64,000 bases of DNA from the NCBI GenBank assembly GCA_905480105.1, contig CAJQPC010000071.1, positions 55,594 to 119,593 of the forward strand, given 5' to 3'. Of the stretch, positions 18,164-27,773 are shown piece after piece. The notes below the pieces were generated by a model. The model worked only from the letters and a program-made list of their open reading frames with translations. It was not told where the DNA came from and did no database searches. The stretch is from an uncultured bacterium (GTDB taxonomy: Bacteria; Myxococcota_A; UBA796; CAJQPC01). How positions within the stretch are numbered: position 1 is the first letter of the stretch; each line of letters begins with the position of its first letter. The position numbers and the translations under genes were made by a program.

Positions 18164-20233
18164 TCAGACCTGCAAAAGCCCCAGCTCTCCCACTCGCTCC
18201 AGCGCTCTCTTGGCCAGGAGCACATCTCCTTCCCAGCCAGACAAGGCATCTTCCACGGAGAGAGGCTCTTGGGATGGAGATGCAGCCTCGATGACCTCGA
18301 TGAGCCACTGGACAAGATCGGCATCGCTCAGCCGGATCTGGGAGACCCCGTCAACGGTGTGTACGACCAGCTCTCCTTCTTCCTCCCAGACTCCTCCGCC
18401 GATCCAGATCAGGCGCTGGCCCTTGGGCTGGGGCTCTAGGAGAGCCTGGGCGATGCGCTGGGGGGGTTCAAGGGTCGCTAAGACAGGCTCGCTAAACCAG
18501 CTCTGCACAGGGCGGTCCAGGTCCCGGCGACGCAGCCAAGACTCCAAGGCCAAGGGCAGCACCGTATCGAAGCGGTCGTGGTCGCCGCCCTGTGGATCCA
18601 GGTGTGGCACGTCTCCGGCGCCAAAGCCCGGGGTGTACGTTGGAATCACAACGCCGAACTTGGCGGGGTCGGCGTGCACGGGGGCGTGACGTGTGAGAGT
18701 AAAGCGGTGCCAAAAGGCGGAGTCCAGCAGGCCGGCGGCAAAGAGCTGGCGCACCAGTTCCATGGAGTCGACGGTCTCCTGTTCACTTTGGGTGGGAAAG
18801 CCATACATCAGGTAGGCGTGGACCAGAACACCGGCCATCGAGAAGGCGTGGGCGCAGCGGGCCACTTGCTCCACTGTGACCCCCTTCGCCATTCGCTCAA
18901 GCAAGCGGTCGGAGGCGACCTCCAAGCCGCCAGTGACGGCGACCATGCCAGCGGCGGAGAGCAAACGGCACAGGTCGGGCGTGAAGGCTTTCTCGAAGCG
19001 GATGTTGCCCCAGAAGGTGACGCTGAGTCCGCGCTCAAGGATGCCGAGTGCCAGGTCGCGGAGCCCCTTGGGGGGTGCAGCCTCATCCACCAGATGAAAG
19101 CCGCTGACCCCGGTCTCCTCGATGAGCTCCTGCATCTGGTCGAGCAGCATCTCAATGCGCGCAGGCTCGTAGCGGCCAATGTAGTCCAGGCTGACATCGC
19201 AGAATGCGCAGCGCTTCCAGTAGCAGCCGTGGGCCAGGGTGAGCTTGTTCCAGCGGCCCTCGGACCAGAGGCGGTGGGCGGGGTTTAGGGTGTCGAGCAA
19301 ATCCAGGTACAAGCTAAGATCCAGGTCGCCGTAGTGGGCGGCGCTGGTCATAGGCGGACGCTCAACTTCGGCCTGGTGCCAACCGGACTGAGTCAGGGTT
19401 CGATGGCGCCGGTCCCCTCCGCCGTTGTGGTGCTCCAGGAGCGCCAAAATGGGCCCCTCGCCATCATCGAAGCTCAGTGCGTCTACGCACTCCCACAGGC
19501 GGGGCTCTTTCACCTCGCGCAGCTCGGTGTTCACGTACCCGCCGCCCATCCAGACCTGCGCACCGCGGGCCTTTAGGGCGCGGCCGATGCGTAGGGCTCC
19601 ATAGAGGTTGCCCGGGAAAGGAACGCTCAGGCCAATGGGCGCGTCCAACGGCAGAGTGTCGATCAATGCGTCCAGATGTTGGTCCACCAAGCTCGTCTGC
19701 TGAAGGCGCTCCCAGAGCGGATCGAAGGGTGCGGGCGAAAGAGCCAAGTGGTGCTGGTAGCGGGCCAGCCCAAAGCCAGGGTCGATGCAGGCTGTGACCA
19801 GATCCGCCAAGTCCGCCAGATAGAGGGTGGCCAGGTGCCGCGCAGCGTCCTGGGCTGCCAGCGGTCCAAAGCCCTGTAGGTCGGATCGTTCTAGCCGCGG
19901 CCCCACTGGAAGAAAAGCTGTGTGCAGAATGCGATGGGCCACGGAGCTGTCCCGCCCCTGCAAAAAGCGCATGGCAGGGCCAACAGCCGCCAGGTGGGCA
20001 TTCGCCAGGGCCAGAGCCCGCCAACCGGGCTCCGGGAGCTCTTCATGCTGCTCTATCTCTTCGAAGATCTGACTCAACCCGTCCTGAGAGAACAGGCTGT
20101 GTACCAATTCGATCCCCAGGTCTCGCTGGGAGACATGAACGCCCCGCTGTTCCAAAAAGCGCGCCAAATAAGCGGTGCCTGGGTAGGGCGTATTCAGCTG
20201 GGTCAACGGGGGCTGTACGAGCAACAAGCGCAT
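18164..20233 (-). CDS. B12-binding-domain-type radical SAM protein with C-terminal extension
   Basis: N-terminus 'MRLLLVQPP' is typical of class-B rSAM proteins. The cluster motif is 'HGCYWKRCAFCD' (CX4CX2C, confirmed at DNA level: TGC TAC TGG AAG CGC TGC GCA TTC TGC). 689 aa. Confidence 0.8.
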   Translation of the reverse strand: MRLLLVQPPLTQLNTPYPGTAYLARFLEQRGVHVSQRDLGIELVHSLFSQDGLSQIFEEIEQHEELPEPGWRALALANAHLAAVGPAMRFLQGRDSSVAHRILHTAFLPVGPRLERSDLQGFGPLAAQDAARHLATLYLADLADLVTACIDPGFGLARYQHHLALSPAPFDPLWERLQQTSLVDQHLDALIDTLPLDAPIGLSVPFPGNLYGALRIGRALKARGAQVWMGGGYVNTELREVKEPRLWECVDALSFDDGEGPILALLEHHNGGGDRRHRTLTQSGWHQAEVERPPMTSAAHYGDLDLSLYLDLLDTLNPAHRLWSEGRWNKLTLAHGCYWKRCAFCDVSLDYIGRYEPARIEMLLDQMQELIEETGVSGFHLVDEAAPPKGLRDLALGILERGLSVTFWGNIRFEKAFTPDLCRLLSAAGMVAVTGGLEVASDRLLERMAKGVTVEQVARCAHAFSMAGVLVHAYLMYGFPTQSEQETVDSMELVRQLFAAGLLDSAFWHRFTLTRHAPVHADPAKFGVVIPTYTPGFGAGDVPHLDPQGGDHDRFDTVLPLALESWLRRRDLDRPVQSWFSEPVLATLEPPQRIAQALLEPQPKGQRLIWIGGGVWEEEGELVVHTVDGVSQIRLSDADLVQWLIEVIEAASPSQEPLSVEDALSGWEGDVLLAKRALERVGELGLLQV

Positions 20234-20269
20234 GAGACCACCTAACCCAGCGCCGAGTTCTGCTACCGT

Positions 20270-21187
20270 TTGAGCGTGGCTGAACTTGTCTTAGCAATCG
20301 CGCGACTCCCCCTGGCGCTCGGTGATCCCATGCGGGATCTCCTGGCAGAAGCGGAGCGCAACGCAGAGAAACACCGTGGATTGCCCTGGATGGTCGTGGG
20401 GGGTTCTCGACGGGAGCGTCTAGCGATTCTGCGGTCGGACATGACCCCACCGGAGTGCGCAGCGGCCGAATACGCACTGTTCTGCGAGCCAGAAGTAGAC
20501 TGGGTGGTGACCGCAGGCGAGGCCGTATTGGCGTCGGGCGCGGGCATACTGCGCCACCTGTTCGTCCGCAGAAGCTTTCCAGGTGGCACCTGGGAGGTCC
20601 ATACGCGGGCCTTTATCACCCACCCCCAGGGCGTTTCTTGGCTCACGGAGTGGTCCCGAAGCGACGGAGAAGGTCCCGAGGGCGGCCGCTTGGCCCAGCT
20701 CTTCGTAGAGCCGAGCACCGACTCGGTACGCTTGGTCTCTGACACCCCGGAGCTCCAACCCGAGGCGATCGTCCAAGTCCCAGAGGGCGCAACTCCAGAA
20801 GACGTAGCCCGCATGGCTGGACACTTGATGGAGAGCTGGTTTGTGTCCAAGGGCCGCCTGCCAAGTGCCGTGCTGCGCTACGGACGAGGGACGATCGAAG
20901 TCCGCTTGATGCCTGATCGAGCCGCTGACTCAGACGCCACAGACCTGGCTCTTCAGCTCGCCCAAGACCCCGAAACCCTAGCCGTTGGGGTGTTCTCCCG
21001 GGGACAGGATCCCCAGGTCCAACCGCCGGCCGACCAGCTCCTGCTGCAGCTGGAGTTCCGAGAGGGTCCCGCCCTGACTTGGCGCCGCCGCTATCGCGTG
21101 GTGGCTGCAAATCGGGCACGCTGGTTAGATTCCGCAGGCGAAATCTTGCCGAGTCGGCGTGGCCGACGCTGGCTGCAGACCCGGTGA
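20270..21187 (+). CDS. Hypothetical protein
   Basis: 305-aa ORF with ordinary amino-acid composition. Start uncertain (TTG 20270, GTG 20276 or ATG 20330). Its stop overlaps the next gene's GTG. Confidence 0.5.
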   Translation: MSVAELVLAIARLPLALGDPMRDLLAEAERNAEKHRGLPWMVVGGSRRERLAILRSDMTPPECAAAEYALFCEPEVDWVVTAGEAVLASGAGILRHLFVRRSFPGGTWEVHTRAFITHPQGVSWLTEWSRSDGEGPEGGRLAQLFVEPSTDSVRLVSDTPELQPEAIVQVPEGATPEDVARMAGHLMESWFVSKGRLPSAVLRYGRGTIEVRLMPDRAADSDATDLALQLAQDPETLAVGVFSRGQDPQVQPPADQLLLQLEFREGPALTWRRRYRVVAANRARWLDSAGEILPSRRGRRWLQTR

Positions 21188-21948
21188 TCCTTACCTTGTT
21201 AGCCTGCTCGACGAGCGAGCCTGGCATAGGCGGCGGCGGCCAAGACACCTCTTTTGACTACGTCGCCACGTCGCCAGAGCTGCAAGGCCAAGACGCCGCA
21301 GCCCGGGCACAGTCGCTCTTGGATGCGGGTCTGCCTGCGGGGGCAACGCTGGTTCAAAGCTGGACCGATATCGTGGACACCTATGCAGACGCCCAGTGTC
21401 CGGAACGCGTGGACTACTCCATGCTGGATGCCCCCTTCGGCTGCGCATCCAGCACCGGCGCCTACTTTTCAGGGATGACAGGGCTAAAGCACGTTGGCAA
21501 CAGCATCGAACTGGTCTGCGACGCCTATGTGGTGACCCCCGACGGAGAGCGATTTGAGTGCGGGGGCGAGATCATTCAGTTGGTCGACCCAAGCGGTCGT
21601 GGACGCTGGACCTTGATGGTGGGTACCTTTGGCTGGATGTCCCAGCCCCTTCAGAGCGGCGGCGCCTACAGCGCTGCTTTGCGCATCGAGGCCCGCACCG
21701 ACGGCACTCTGGTGCTGAATGGGGGGCTCGGCCATAGCGGGCTGGCGATAAACTTTGAGGCATTGGAGTGGCGCGGGGAGGTCCGGAGCGGAGCCCTCTC
21801 CGTGCACAGCGACGAAGGGTGGTACCGCTCGGTCCTGGGACCAGCTGGCTGCGGGAGCTGGGTGTTCGAGGCCGGTGGCGCCGTGGGGCAGGGCTGCGTG
21901 GAGCTTGAGCCGGCGATCCAGGCTTGGCTGACCGGAGTGGGCCTGTGA
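21184..21948 (+). CDS. Hypothetical lipoprotein
   Basis: GTG 21184 overlaps the upstream stop (GTGA) and gives 'VILTLLACSTSE' (lipobox). The longer ORF from 21079 is rejected. Confidence 0.55.
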   Translation: MILTLLACSTSEPGIGGGGQDTSFDYVATSPELQGQDAAARAQSLLDAGLPAGATLVQSWTDIVDTYADAQCPERVDYSMLDAPFGCASSTGAYFSGMTGLKHVGNSIELVCDAYVVTPDGERFECGGEIIQLVDPSGRGRWTLMVGTFGWMSQPLQSGGAYSAALRIEARTDGTLVLNGGLGHSGLAINFEALEWRGEVRSGALSVHSDEGWYRSVLGPAGCGSWVFEAGGAVGQGCVELEPAIQAWLTGVGL

Positions 21949-23540
21949 TGCTCTGGGCCTGGCTGGCTTGCGCTCCGGAACCCGATCTGGTTCCCCTGGA
22001 TAGCCCACGCCTATTGCGCCGCGTATCCCTGGATCTCAGGGGAATGCTGCCGAGCCAGGCTGAGCTGGATGCGGTGGAGAAGGACCCCAAAGCTCTAAAC
22101 GGAATCCGGGCCGACTACCTGGAAGACCCCGCATTCCAGGAACGGCTCGTCCAGATCTTCGCTGAGCGCTGGCACACCCGAGTGGAGAGCTACTACATCT
22201 TTCACACCGAGTTCCAACACCTGGACAGCCCCGAGATGGAGCACCCCTTCGAGGCGTCTATTGGAGAGGAGCCCCTCCGCCTACTGGCCCATGTGGTGGC
22301 CCAGGACAGGCCCTGGGGCGAGGTCGTGCACGCCGACTACAGCTTTGCAAACCCGCTGCTCGCGAGCATCTGGCCGCTCGCCTGGGAGGAGGGAGACGTG
22401 GGTTGGCAGAAGACCTACTACACCGATGGCCGACCCACCGCTGGGGTGCTGAGCAGCAACGGACTGTGGTGGCGCTACCAGACCACATTGACGGGAAACA
22501 ACCGGGGCCGGGCCAACGCCATCGCCCGGCTGCTGGTTTGTGATGACTATGCCACCCGGCAGGTGGATTTTGAGAACCTTCCCCCCCTCTCCGACGAGGC
22601 CGCTTTAGAAGCCGCCATCAAAAACGTTCCGACCTGCACCAGCTGCCACGCCACCCTGGACCCTATCGCCAGCACCTTGTTCGGCTTTTGGCTCTCCGTC
22701 CAGGACAGCGCGACAGAGCTGAGCACCTACCACACAGAGCGAGAGGCCATGGGTCCGCTGTTGCTGGAGGTAGAGCCCGCATGGTTTGGAACGCCCGTGC
22801 GTGATCTGGAAGGGCTGGGGCACGCGATCTCCCAGGATCCACGCTTCTCCCAGTGCGCGATCCAGTCCATGGCCGAGGCCACTTGGCGCAGACCGGTGGA
22901 CCCCGTTCAAGATCTACCGCGCATGCAAGCCCTCCAACAAGTCTATGGCGCCCACAATGGGCAGCTCAAACAGGTGATTCTGGCCCTGACCCAGACCCCT
23001 GAGTACCAAGCAGGCGCCTTTGGGGTGGGCGCCACCGACCAGCAGCGGGAGACCGAGCGCACCACCCGCATGCTCACCCCTGCACAGCTCACGGTGAGCA
23101 TTGAGGACCTGACTGGCTTTGTCTGGATGGACACCGGTTTTGACCAGCTGGACAACGACAAACTGGGTTTTCGCACCATGGCTGGCGGGGTGGATGGCGT
23201 GAACACGACGGTGCCCCTGCACACGCCAAGCCTAAGCACCACTCTGGTGGCTCAGCGGCTCGCAGAGGGCGCCGCATTCCACGTCATGACCGGGGAGCCC
23301 TTTGCGCTGGGGGGACTGTTGGAGGGAGCCGACCTGGCCTCGCGGCCGGGGGACCGTGACTTTGATGCGGTTCTGGAACGCCTGGTGTGGCGCACGCAAG
23401 GGGTCCGTCCGGACAAGGAGCAACTCCAAGACCTGGGTACGCTCTGGCTGGATCTGAGAGCTCTGGACGGAACATCAACCCTTGCGTGGCAGGGAACCTT
23501 GTCCGCCCTAATGCGCGACCCCGCGTTCTTGAGCTACTGA
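21948..23540 (+). CDS. DUF1549/DUF1553-like protein with CxxCH motif (usual partner of DUF1501)
   Basis: ATG 21948 shares a base with the upstream stop. Signal/lipobox 'MLWAWLAC'. 'RRVSLDLRGMLPSQAELDAV' and 'CTSCHATLDPI' resemble the conserved blocks of the planctomycete-type DUF1549/1553 (or DUF1588/1592) families. Confidence 0.65.
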   Translation: MLWAWLACAPEPDLVPLDSPRLLRRVSLDLRGMLPSQAELDAVEKDPKALNGIRADYLEDPAFQERLVQIFAERWHTRVESYYIFHTEFQHLDSPEMEHPFEASIGEEPLRLLAHVVAQDRPWGEVVHADYSFANPLLASIWPLAWEEGDVGWQKTYYTDGRPTAGVLSSNGLWWRYQTTLTGNNRGRANAIARLLVCDDYATRQVDFENLPPLSDEAALEAAIKNVPTCTSCHATLDPIASTLFGFWLSVQDSATELSTYHTEREAMGPLLLEVEPAWFGTPVRDLEGLGHAISQDPRFSQCAIQSMAEATWRRPVDPVQDLPRMQALQQVYGAHNGQLKQVILALTQTPEYQAGAFGVGATDQQRETERTTRMLTPAQLTVSIEDLTGFVWMDTGFDQLDNDKLGFRTMAGGVDGVNTTVPLHTPSLSTTLVAQRLAEGAAFHVMTGEPFALGGLLEGADLASRPGDRDFDAVLERLVWRTQGVRPDKEQLQDLGTLWLDLRALDGTSTLAWQGTLSALMRDPAFLSY

Positions 23541-24775
23541 TGCTGTCCAGACGCCAACTTCTGGCCGCCGCAAGCGCAGGGCTGATGCTCCCATTGATCG
23601 GAAACGGCTCAGGCACAACAAAAAGGCGACTCCTGGTGATCTACGCGATGGGGGGATGGGACCCCACCTGGGTGTTCACGGATGTCTTGGGCCACCCGAG
23701 CTTCTTTTACGACCAGAGCGCCCAGATGGCAGAGGGCCAAGCCGGTCTGCCTTTCGTAGACAGTCCCGATCGACCTGCAGTCCGTACCTTCTTTGAGCGC
23801 TTTGGCGCGAAGACCAGCTTGATCAACGGCATGCGAGTACCCGGCCTGACTCACCCGGCTGCTCTGAAGCTGCTGATGACGGACAGCAATGCACCCAGCG
23901 CACCCGACTGGGCGAGCCTCATCGCCGCACATGCCAGCGAGCTGGAGCTTCCCTTGGTGGTGTCCAGTGGGCCCATCTTTCCAGGGCCCCACGGCGCACA
24001 GATCACCCGATTGGGACAGAGCGGCCAGCTGGTAAAGCTCCTGGACGGCACCGCCCTGGCTGGCTCCGCCTTAGCTGCTGAACCCCTGGACGTGAGCGCA
24101 TCCGACGCTGTGGACGCCTACCTGTCCGAACGCGCCTCGCAGCTACCGGAGAGCGCCTTTACCCAGGACTACACGCGGGCCTTGGACCGCGTGGCCCAGC
24201 TGAGTCGACTGCAGGACCAACTTGACCTGAGCATCGAGTACGACGAGGACCTGTCTGTCGCCGAACGCTTGCGGCCCGCCTTGGACTGCATGGAGGCCGG
24301 GCTGAGCCGAGTGGTGTCCACCGCTCACATGGGTTTCCGCTCCGGCTGGGACCACCACTCAGGCATTGAGCAACAGTCTGGGCACTACCAAATCCTGTTC
24401 ACGGATCTGGTGGATATCTTGGACTCCATGGAGCGTCGGCCCGGCCTTGCAGGCGGCAGTCTGCTCGATGAAACCGCTGTGCTGGTGTGCAGCGAGATGG
24501 GCCGCGCTCCCATCGTAAACGGTGCCGGGGGCAAGGACCATTGGGTGTTCACCACCGCGATGCTCATCGGCTCCGGCGTTCAAGGCGGCCAGGTCATCGG
24601 AAGCTACAATGCGGATTTTGAAGGACAAGCCATCGACCTTCGCACCGGGCTTGTCGATGCCCAGGGCAGCCTCTTTGACTCCGGCCACTTGGGCGCCACT
24701 CTGTGCGAACTAATGGGAGTGCCACAGCCCGCACAGATCAACGGGAAGGCCCCCTTGGAGGCCATCCTGAGTTAG
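23540..24775 (+). CDS. DUF1501 domain protein (Tat-signal, sulfatase-fold-like)
   Basis: ATG 23540 (TGATG overlap). Twin-arginine signal 'MLSRRQLLAAASAG'. 'GGKDHWVFTTAMLIGSGVQGGQVIG' matches the DUF1501 C-terminal block. Confidence 0.78.
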   Translation: MLSRRQLLAAASAGLMLPLIGNGSGTTKRRLLVIYAMGGWDPTWVFTDVLGHPSFFYDQSAQMAEGQAGLPFVDSPDRPAVRTFFERFGAKTSLINGMRVPGLTHPAALKLLMTDSNAPSAPDWASLIAAHASELELPLVVSSGPIFPGPHGAQITRLGQSGQLVKLLDGTALAGSALAAEPLDVSASDAVDAYLSERASQLPESAFTQDYTRALDRVAQLSRLQDQLDLSIEYDEDLSVAERLRPALDCMEAGLSRVVSTAHMGFRSGWDHHSGIEQQSGHYQILFTDLVDILDSMERRPGLAGGSLLDETAVLVCSEMGRAPIVNGAGGKDHWVFTTAMLIGSGVQGGQVIGSYNADFEGQAIDLRTGLVDAQGSLFDSGHLGATLCELMGVPQPAQINGKAPLEAILS

Positions 24776-24787
24776 CGGCTGGCCCTC

Positions 24788-26035
24788 TTAGAGATCCGAA
24801 ACCGAGGCGCTGGCCAAGAAACCTGCGCCAGCCGCGAAGAGCGTTCCGTCAACCACTTGGCACTGAAACAAGGCGTTGAACTTGGAGTCCAGGTTGGTCA
24901 TGACAATGTCCGCGGTCAGGTCCGTCCACGAGCTGCCGCCGTCTTTGGAGACGGCCAGCCAGCCGGCATCGTCCTGGGTGTCAGCCCCGACGGCCACCAC
25001 GAAGTTGTCGTCACCGCGGCAGACCATACGGGTCCAGGTGGAGTGCCCCAGCCCAGCCGGATCTGCGTACTCGACCACCGTGCTCATGTCGGTCTCGGTC
25101 CAGTTGGCCGCCTGATAAGCACTGCTCTTCCAGTCGCTGCCGATGGTGTAAACCATGCCGCGATCGCCATCCTGATCCACGCAGCCAACAGCCAGTCCGT
25201 CAGCGTTGCCATCGATCCCCCAGCACTCGCCGTCCCAGACGCTAAAGGACTCGGAGTTGAGCACCACGCTCTCCCACATCTGGTCAGCCAAGTCGTCGCC
25301 GCTGGAGTCGGAGCCAAAGTCGAAGGAGCGCGGAGGCAAGTAGACCACCGGTGGGTAGTTGATGGTGGAACCCACACCCAGGATCTCATCGTCTACAACC
25401 GTCATGTCCAAGACCTGGACATGACCATCCTCACCCGAGCCGTTCCACCAGCCGTAGCCGCTGGCCCAGCCGTCGTTCTCCGCGTGCGTGCTCTGCCAGG
25501 AGCTGTCGTTGTAATGGTTCACCACGATGCCGGTTCCGGTCAGGGACTCCGCAACCATGGTGGTGGAGTTGCGCGCAAAGGAACCTGCCGTGAAGGAGAA
25601 GTCCACATTGGTACCGTTCGTGTACAAAGCGTTCAAGGCGCCGGTGGAGGTGTCCAGGCTGATCACGCGATAGCTGCTGTCCCCTTCTCCAGCGACGTAG
25701 AGCAGGCCTTCGGCTCCGCGGGAGATGTGGTCGACGCGCATGGTGGCAAAGTAGCCGCCCGCTTCATCCGCGGGAGCGGACCAAGTGGCGCCTGCGTCGG
25801 AGGTCATGAACAGACCGTCACCCTCGGCGTTCTGGCCGCAACCTACGTAGCAGGTCGTTGCGTTGTCACACAGCAGCGCGTCTACGCGGCTGCCAGAACA
25901 AGGCGTGTTGCCTAGGGTCCAAACATCGCCGCTGACAAGTGCAGTATCGGTGGCAGGGTCAGCGTCGCCCCCGTTTGTGCAGCCGATAAGGGTGCTTAGG
26001 CAGGCAACAGCGGCAACACAGAGAAGATTGCGCAT
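24788..26035 (-). CDS. BNR/Asp-box repeat lipoprotein (sialidase/Ycf48-like beta-propeller)
   Basis: Lipobox 'LSTLIGC'. Asp-box motifs 'TSDAGATWS' and 'SKDGGSSWT' (SxDxGxTW). Confidence 0.7.
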   Translation of the reverse strand: MRNLLCVAAVACLSTLIGCTNGGDADPATDTALVSGDVWTLGNTPCSGSRVDALLCDNATTCYVGCGQNAEGDGLFMTSDAGATWSAPADEAGGYFATMRVDHISRGAEGLLYVAGEGDSSYRVISLDTSTGALNALYTNGTNVDFSFTAGSFARNSTTMVAESLTGTGIVVNHYNDSSWQSTHAENDGWASGYGWWNGSGEDGHVQVLDMTVVDDEILGVGSTINYPPVVYLPPRSFDFGSDSSGDDLADQMWESVVLNSESFSVWDGECWGIDGNADGLAVGCVDQDGDRGMVYTIGSDWKSSAYQAANWTETDMSTVVEYADPAGLGHSTWTRMVCRGDDNFVVAVGADTQDDAGWLAVSKDGGSSWTDLTADIVMTNLDSKFNALFQCQVVDGTLFAAGAGFLASASVSDL

Positions 26036-26239
26036 GATTCAATTCCCCAAAGGAAAGGAGTTCAAAGGCCCATACCGGGCCGCGTGGCTAAGATAGCGGC
26101 TTGGAGGAGCCAGCGCCCCAACGTACAGGCCGACATCCCAATATCGTCGTGGAGAAAGCCAGATTTACAGCTCTCGTCGTTGGTGCTCCCCCACGGGACC
26201 CGACACCCACGGGGTCAGACCAAGCGCCCCAAAGGCCGA

Positions 26240-26797
26240 CTATCCCGGACGACAGAGACTAAAGAAAGCCCCTTCCACCTTTCCATTTCGGTAAGCTTTG
26301 GAGATGATCAGGTCATTGCTCAGGCGCCGGACGACGTCCTTCATGCCACCGTAGACCAGCTTGTTGGTGCCCGAGTCGTTGCTGGCCAGCTGGGGAAAGC
26401 TTTCCGGAGCCGAATCGGCCTGCCAAAGGTAGTCGAAAATCAGTTGCTCACCGTGTTCGTCGCCACAGATCCGGGTCAGGTAGTGCCCCGGGCCACCAAA
26501 CCAAGCGGCAATACCAGAGTTGACGTTGTAGCCCTGGATCCGCCCCTCGTGATTGGCGAAGGCCTTGGCAAAATCGTTGAAGGCCGGCAGGCTGTTTCTC
26601 CCGGCCCACGTGCACTCCCCGCCTTGAGGAGTCAGAAAGAACTCTGGGGTGACATCCCGGCCCTCGGCCAGCTCATAGAGCCGTGTCATGGTGGCCTTTT
26701 TCAGGGTGCGCATCCATGCCAAGCGCTCCGCTGGGCTTGCGGCATCCAAGGCTGCCTCCAAGTCCGCCAAGGTGCAGTCAACTGGGCTGGGAATCAT
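26240..26797 (-). CDS. Hypothetical protein (185 aa)
   Basis: ATG 26797 is preceded by GGAGG with a 4-nt spacer. Globular-looking sequence with no family recognised. The longer ORF to 27022 is rejected. Confidence 0.55.
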   Translation of the reverse strand: MIPSPVDCTLADLEAALDAASPAERLAWMRTLKKATMTRLYELAEGRDVTPEFFLTPQGGECTWAGRNSLPAFNDFAKAFANHEGRIQGYNVNSGIAAWFGGPGHYLTRICGDEHGEQLIFDYLWQADSAPESFPQLASNDSGTNKLVYGGMKDVVRRLSNDLIISKAYRNGKVEGAFFSLCRPG

Positions 26798-26846
26798 TCG
26801 GCCTCCGGGCAATGCCGCTATCATACAGCGTAGGAGGCCGCGATCT

Positions 26847-27728
26847 ATGACCTGCACCCTCGCTCTGATGGGCACACTCTTCGCCACGATGCTCGGCTGC
26901 ACCAAAGACAGCAATCTTGACGATACAAGCCCCACGGGCGGAGACGACACCCAGCTCGATGACGACACCGGAGAGCTGGCCGAGGTTCTGCACGGAGAGT
27001 CTGTGGTTTTCCACAACGGCACCCAGTTCGTGTCCTTTGAGAACGTGAACTACGCGCTCTCAGAGGTGTCGATGGGCACCCAGGAACTGGGCAGCGGCAG
27101 CAGCTGGACGGCCCTGGCGGACTTTGATGGCGACGCCCGAGACGACATCTGGCAGCTCCCGGACGGCGGGGACAAGGCCAGCATCTTCATCAACGACGGG
27201 CAAGGGACATGGACGACCGCCGCGGATTTTGGGCCGGACACCAACGTGTCCAGCAAGCGTCCCGTGGTGGCCGGAGATTTCAACGGCGACGGCAAGGACG
27301 ACATCGGCCTCTTCAACACCACTGGCGGCCGATTCCTGGTCTATCCACTCGTTGTTACTGAGTTCTCATTGGACGACAAGGTGGGTACGGAGACCTCGCT
27401 TGGCACGGTTGGAACCTACATTGCGGCCGACATGAACGGCGATGGAACCGACGACATTGTCCAGCTGGCAGGATCAGACGTCCGCATCTACCGCGTCGTA
27501 AACATGATCCTAGTGGACGTGGAGACCCCCTGGTGGGAGGGCCGCGTTCCTGGTGCCGTGCACGCCTTTGGCATCGATCTGAACGACGATGGACAGGCTG
27601 AGCTGGCCACTTGGTCCGGCACCAAGCTGACGGTCTTCGGGGTTGCAGAGCTGGGCCCCGACCTGGAGAGCTCCGTGGAGTTCCAGCTGAGTTCCTCCGG
27701 CACACCGCACGCGGCAAAGATTCGCTAA
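26847..27728 (+). CDS. FG-GAP/VCBS repeat lipoprotein
   Basis: ATG 26847 with AGGAGG about 10 nt upstream. Lipobox 'FATMLGC'. Repeated Ca-binding-like motifs 'DFDGDARDDIW', 'GDFNGDGKDDIGLF', 'ADMNGDGTDDIV' and 'IDLNDDGQAEL'. Confidence 0.75.
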   Translation: MTCTLALMGTLFATMLGCTKDSNLDDTSPTGGDDTQLDDDTGELAEVLHGESVVFHNGTQFVSFENVNYALSEVSMGTQELGSGSSWTALADFDGDARDDIWQLPDGGDKASIFINDGQGTWTTAADFGPDTNVSSKRPVVAGDFNGDGKDDIGLFNTTGGRFLVYPLVVTEFSLDDKVGTETSLGTVGTYIAADMNGDGTDDIVQLAGSDVRIYRVVNMILVDVETPWWEGRVPGAVHAFGIDLNDDGQAELATWSGTKLTVFGVAELGPDLESSVEFQLSSSGTPHAAKIR

Positions 27729-27773
27729 ACAGACCGGACTGACCGATTCCCTTGGACCCGGTTAGCCGAGCGC

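Noticed and set aside
24857-25915. 352-aa plus-strand ORF antisense to the BNR-repeat lipoprotein gene
   Set aside because: It is a shadow ORF. The minus-strand product has a lipobox and Asp-box repeats, and this frame has none.
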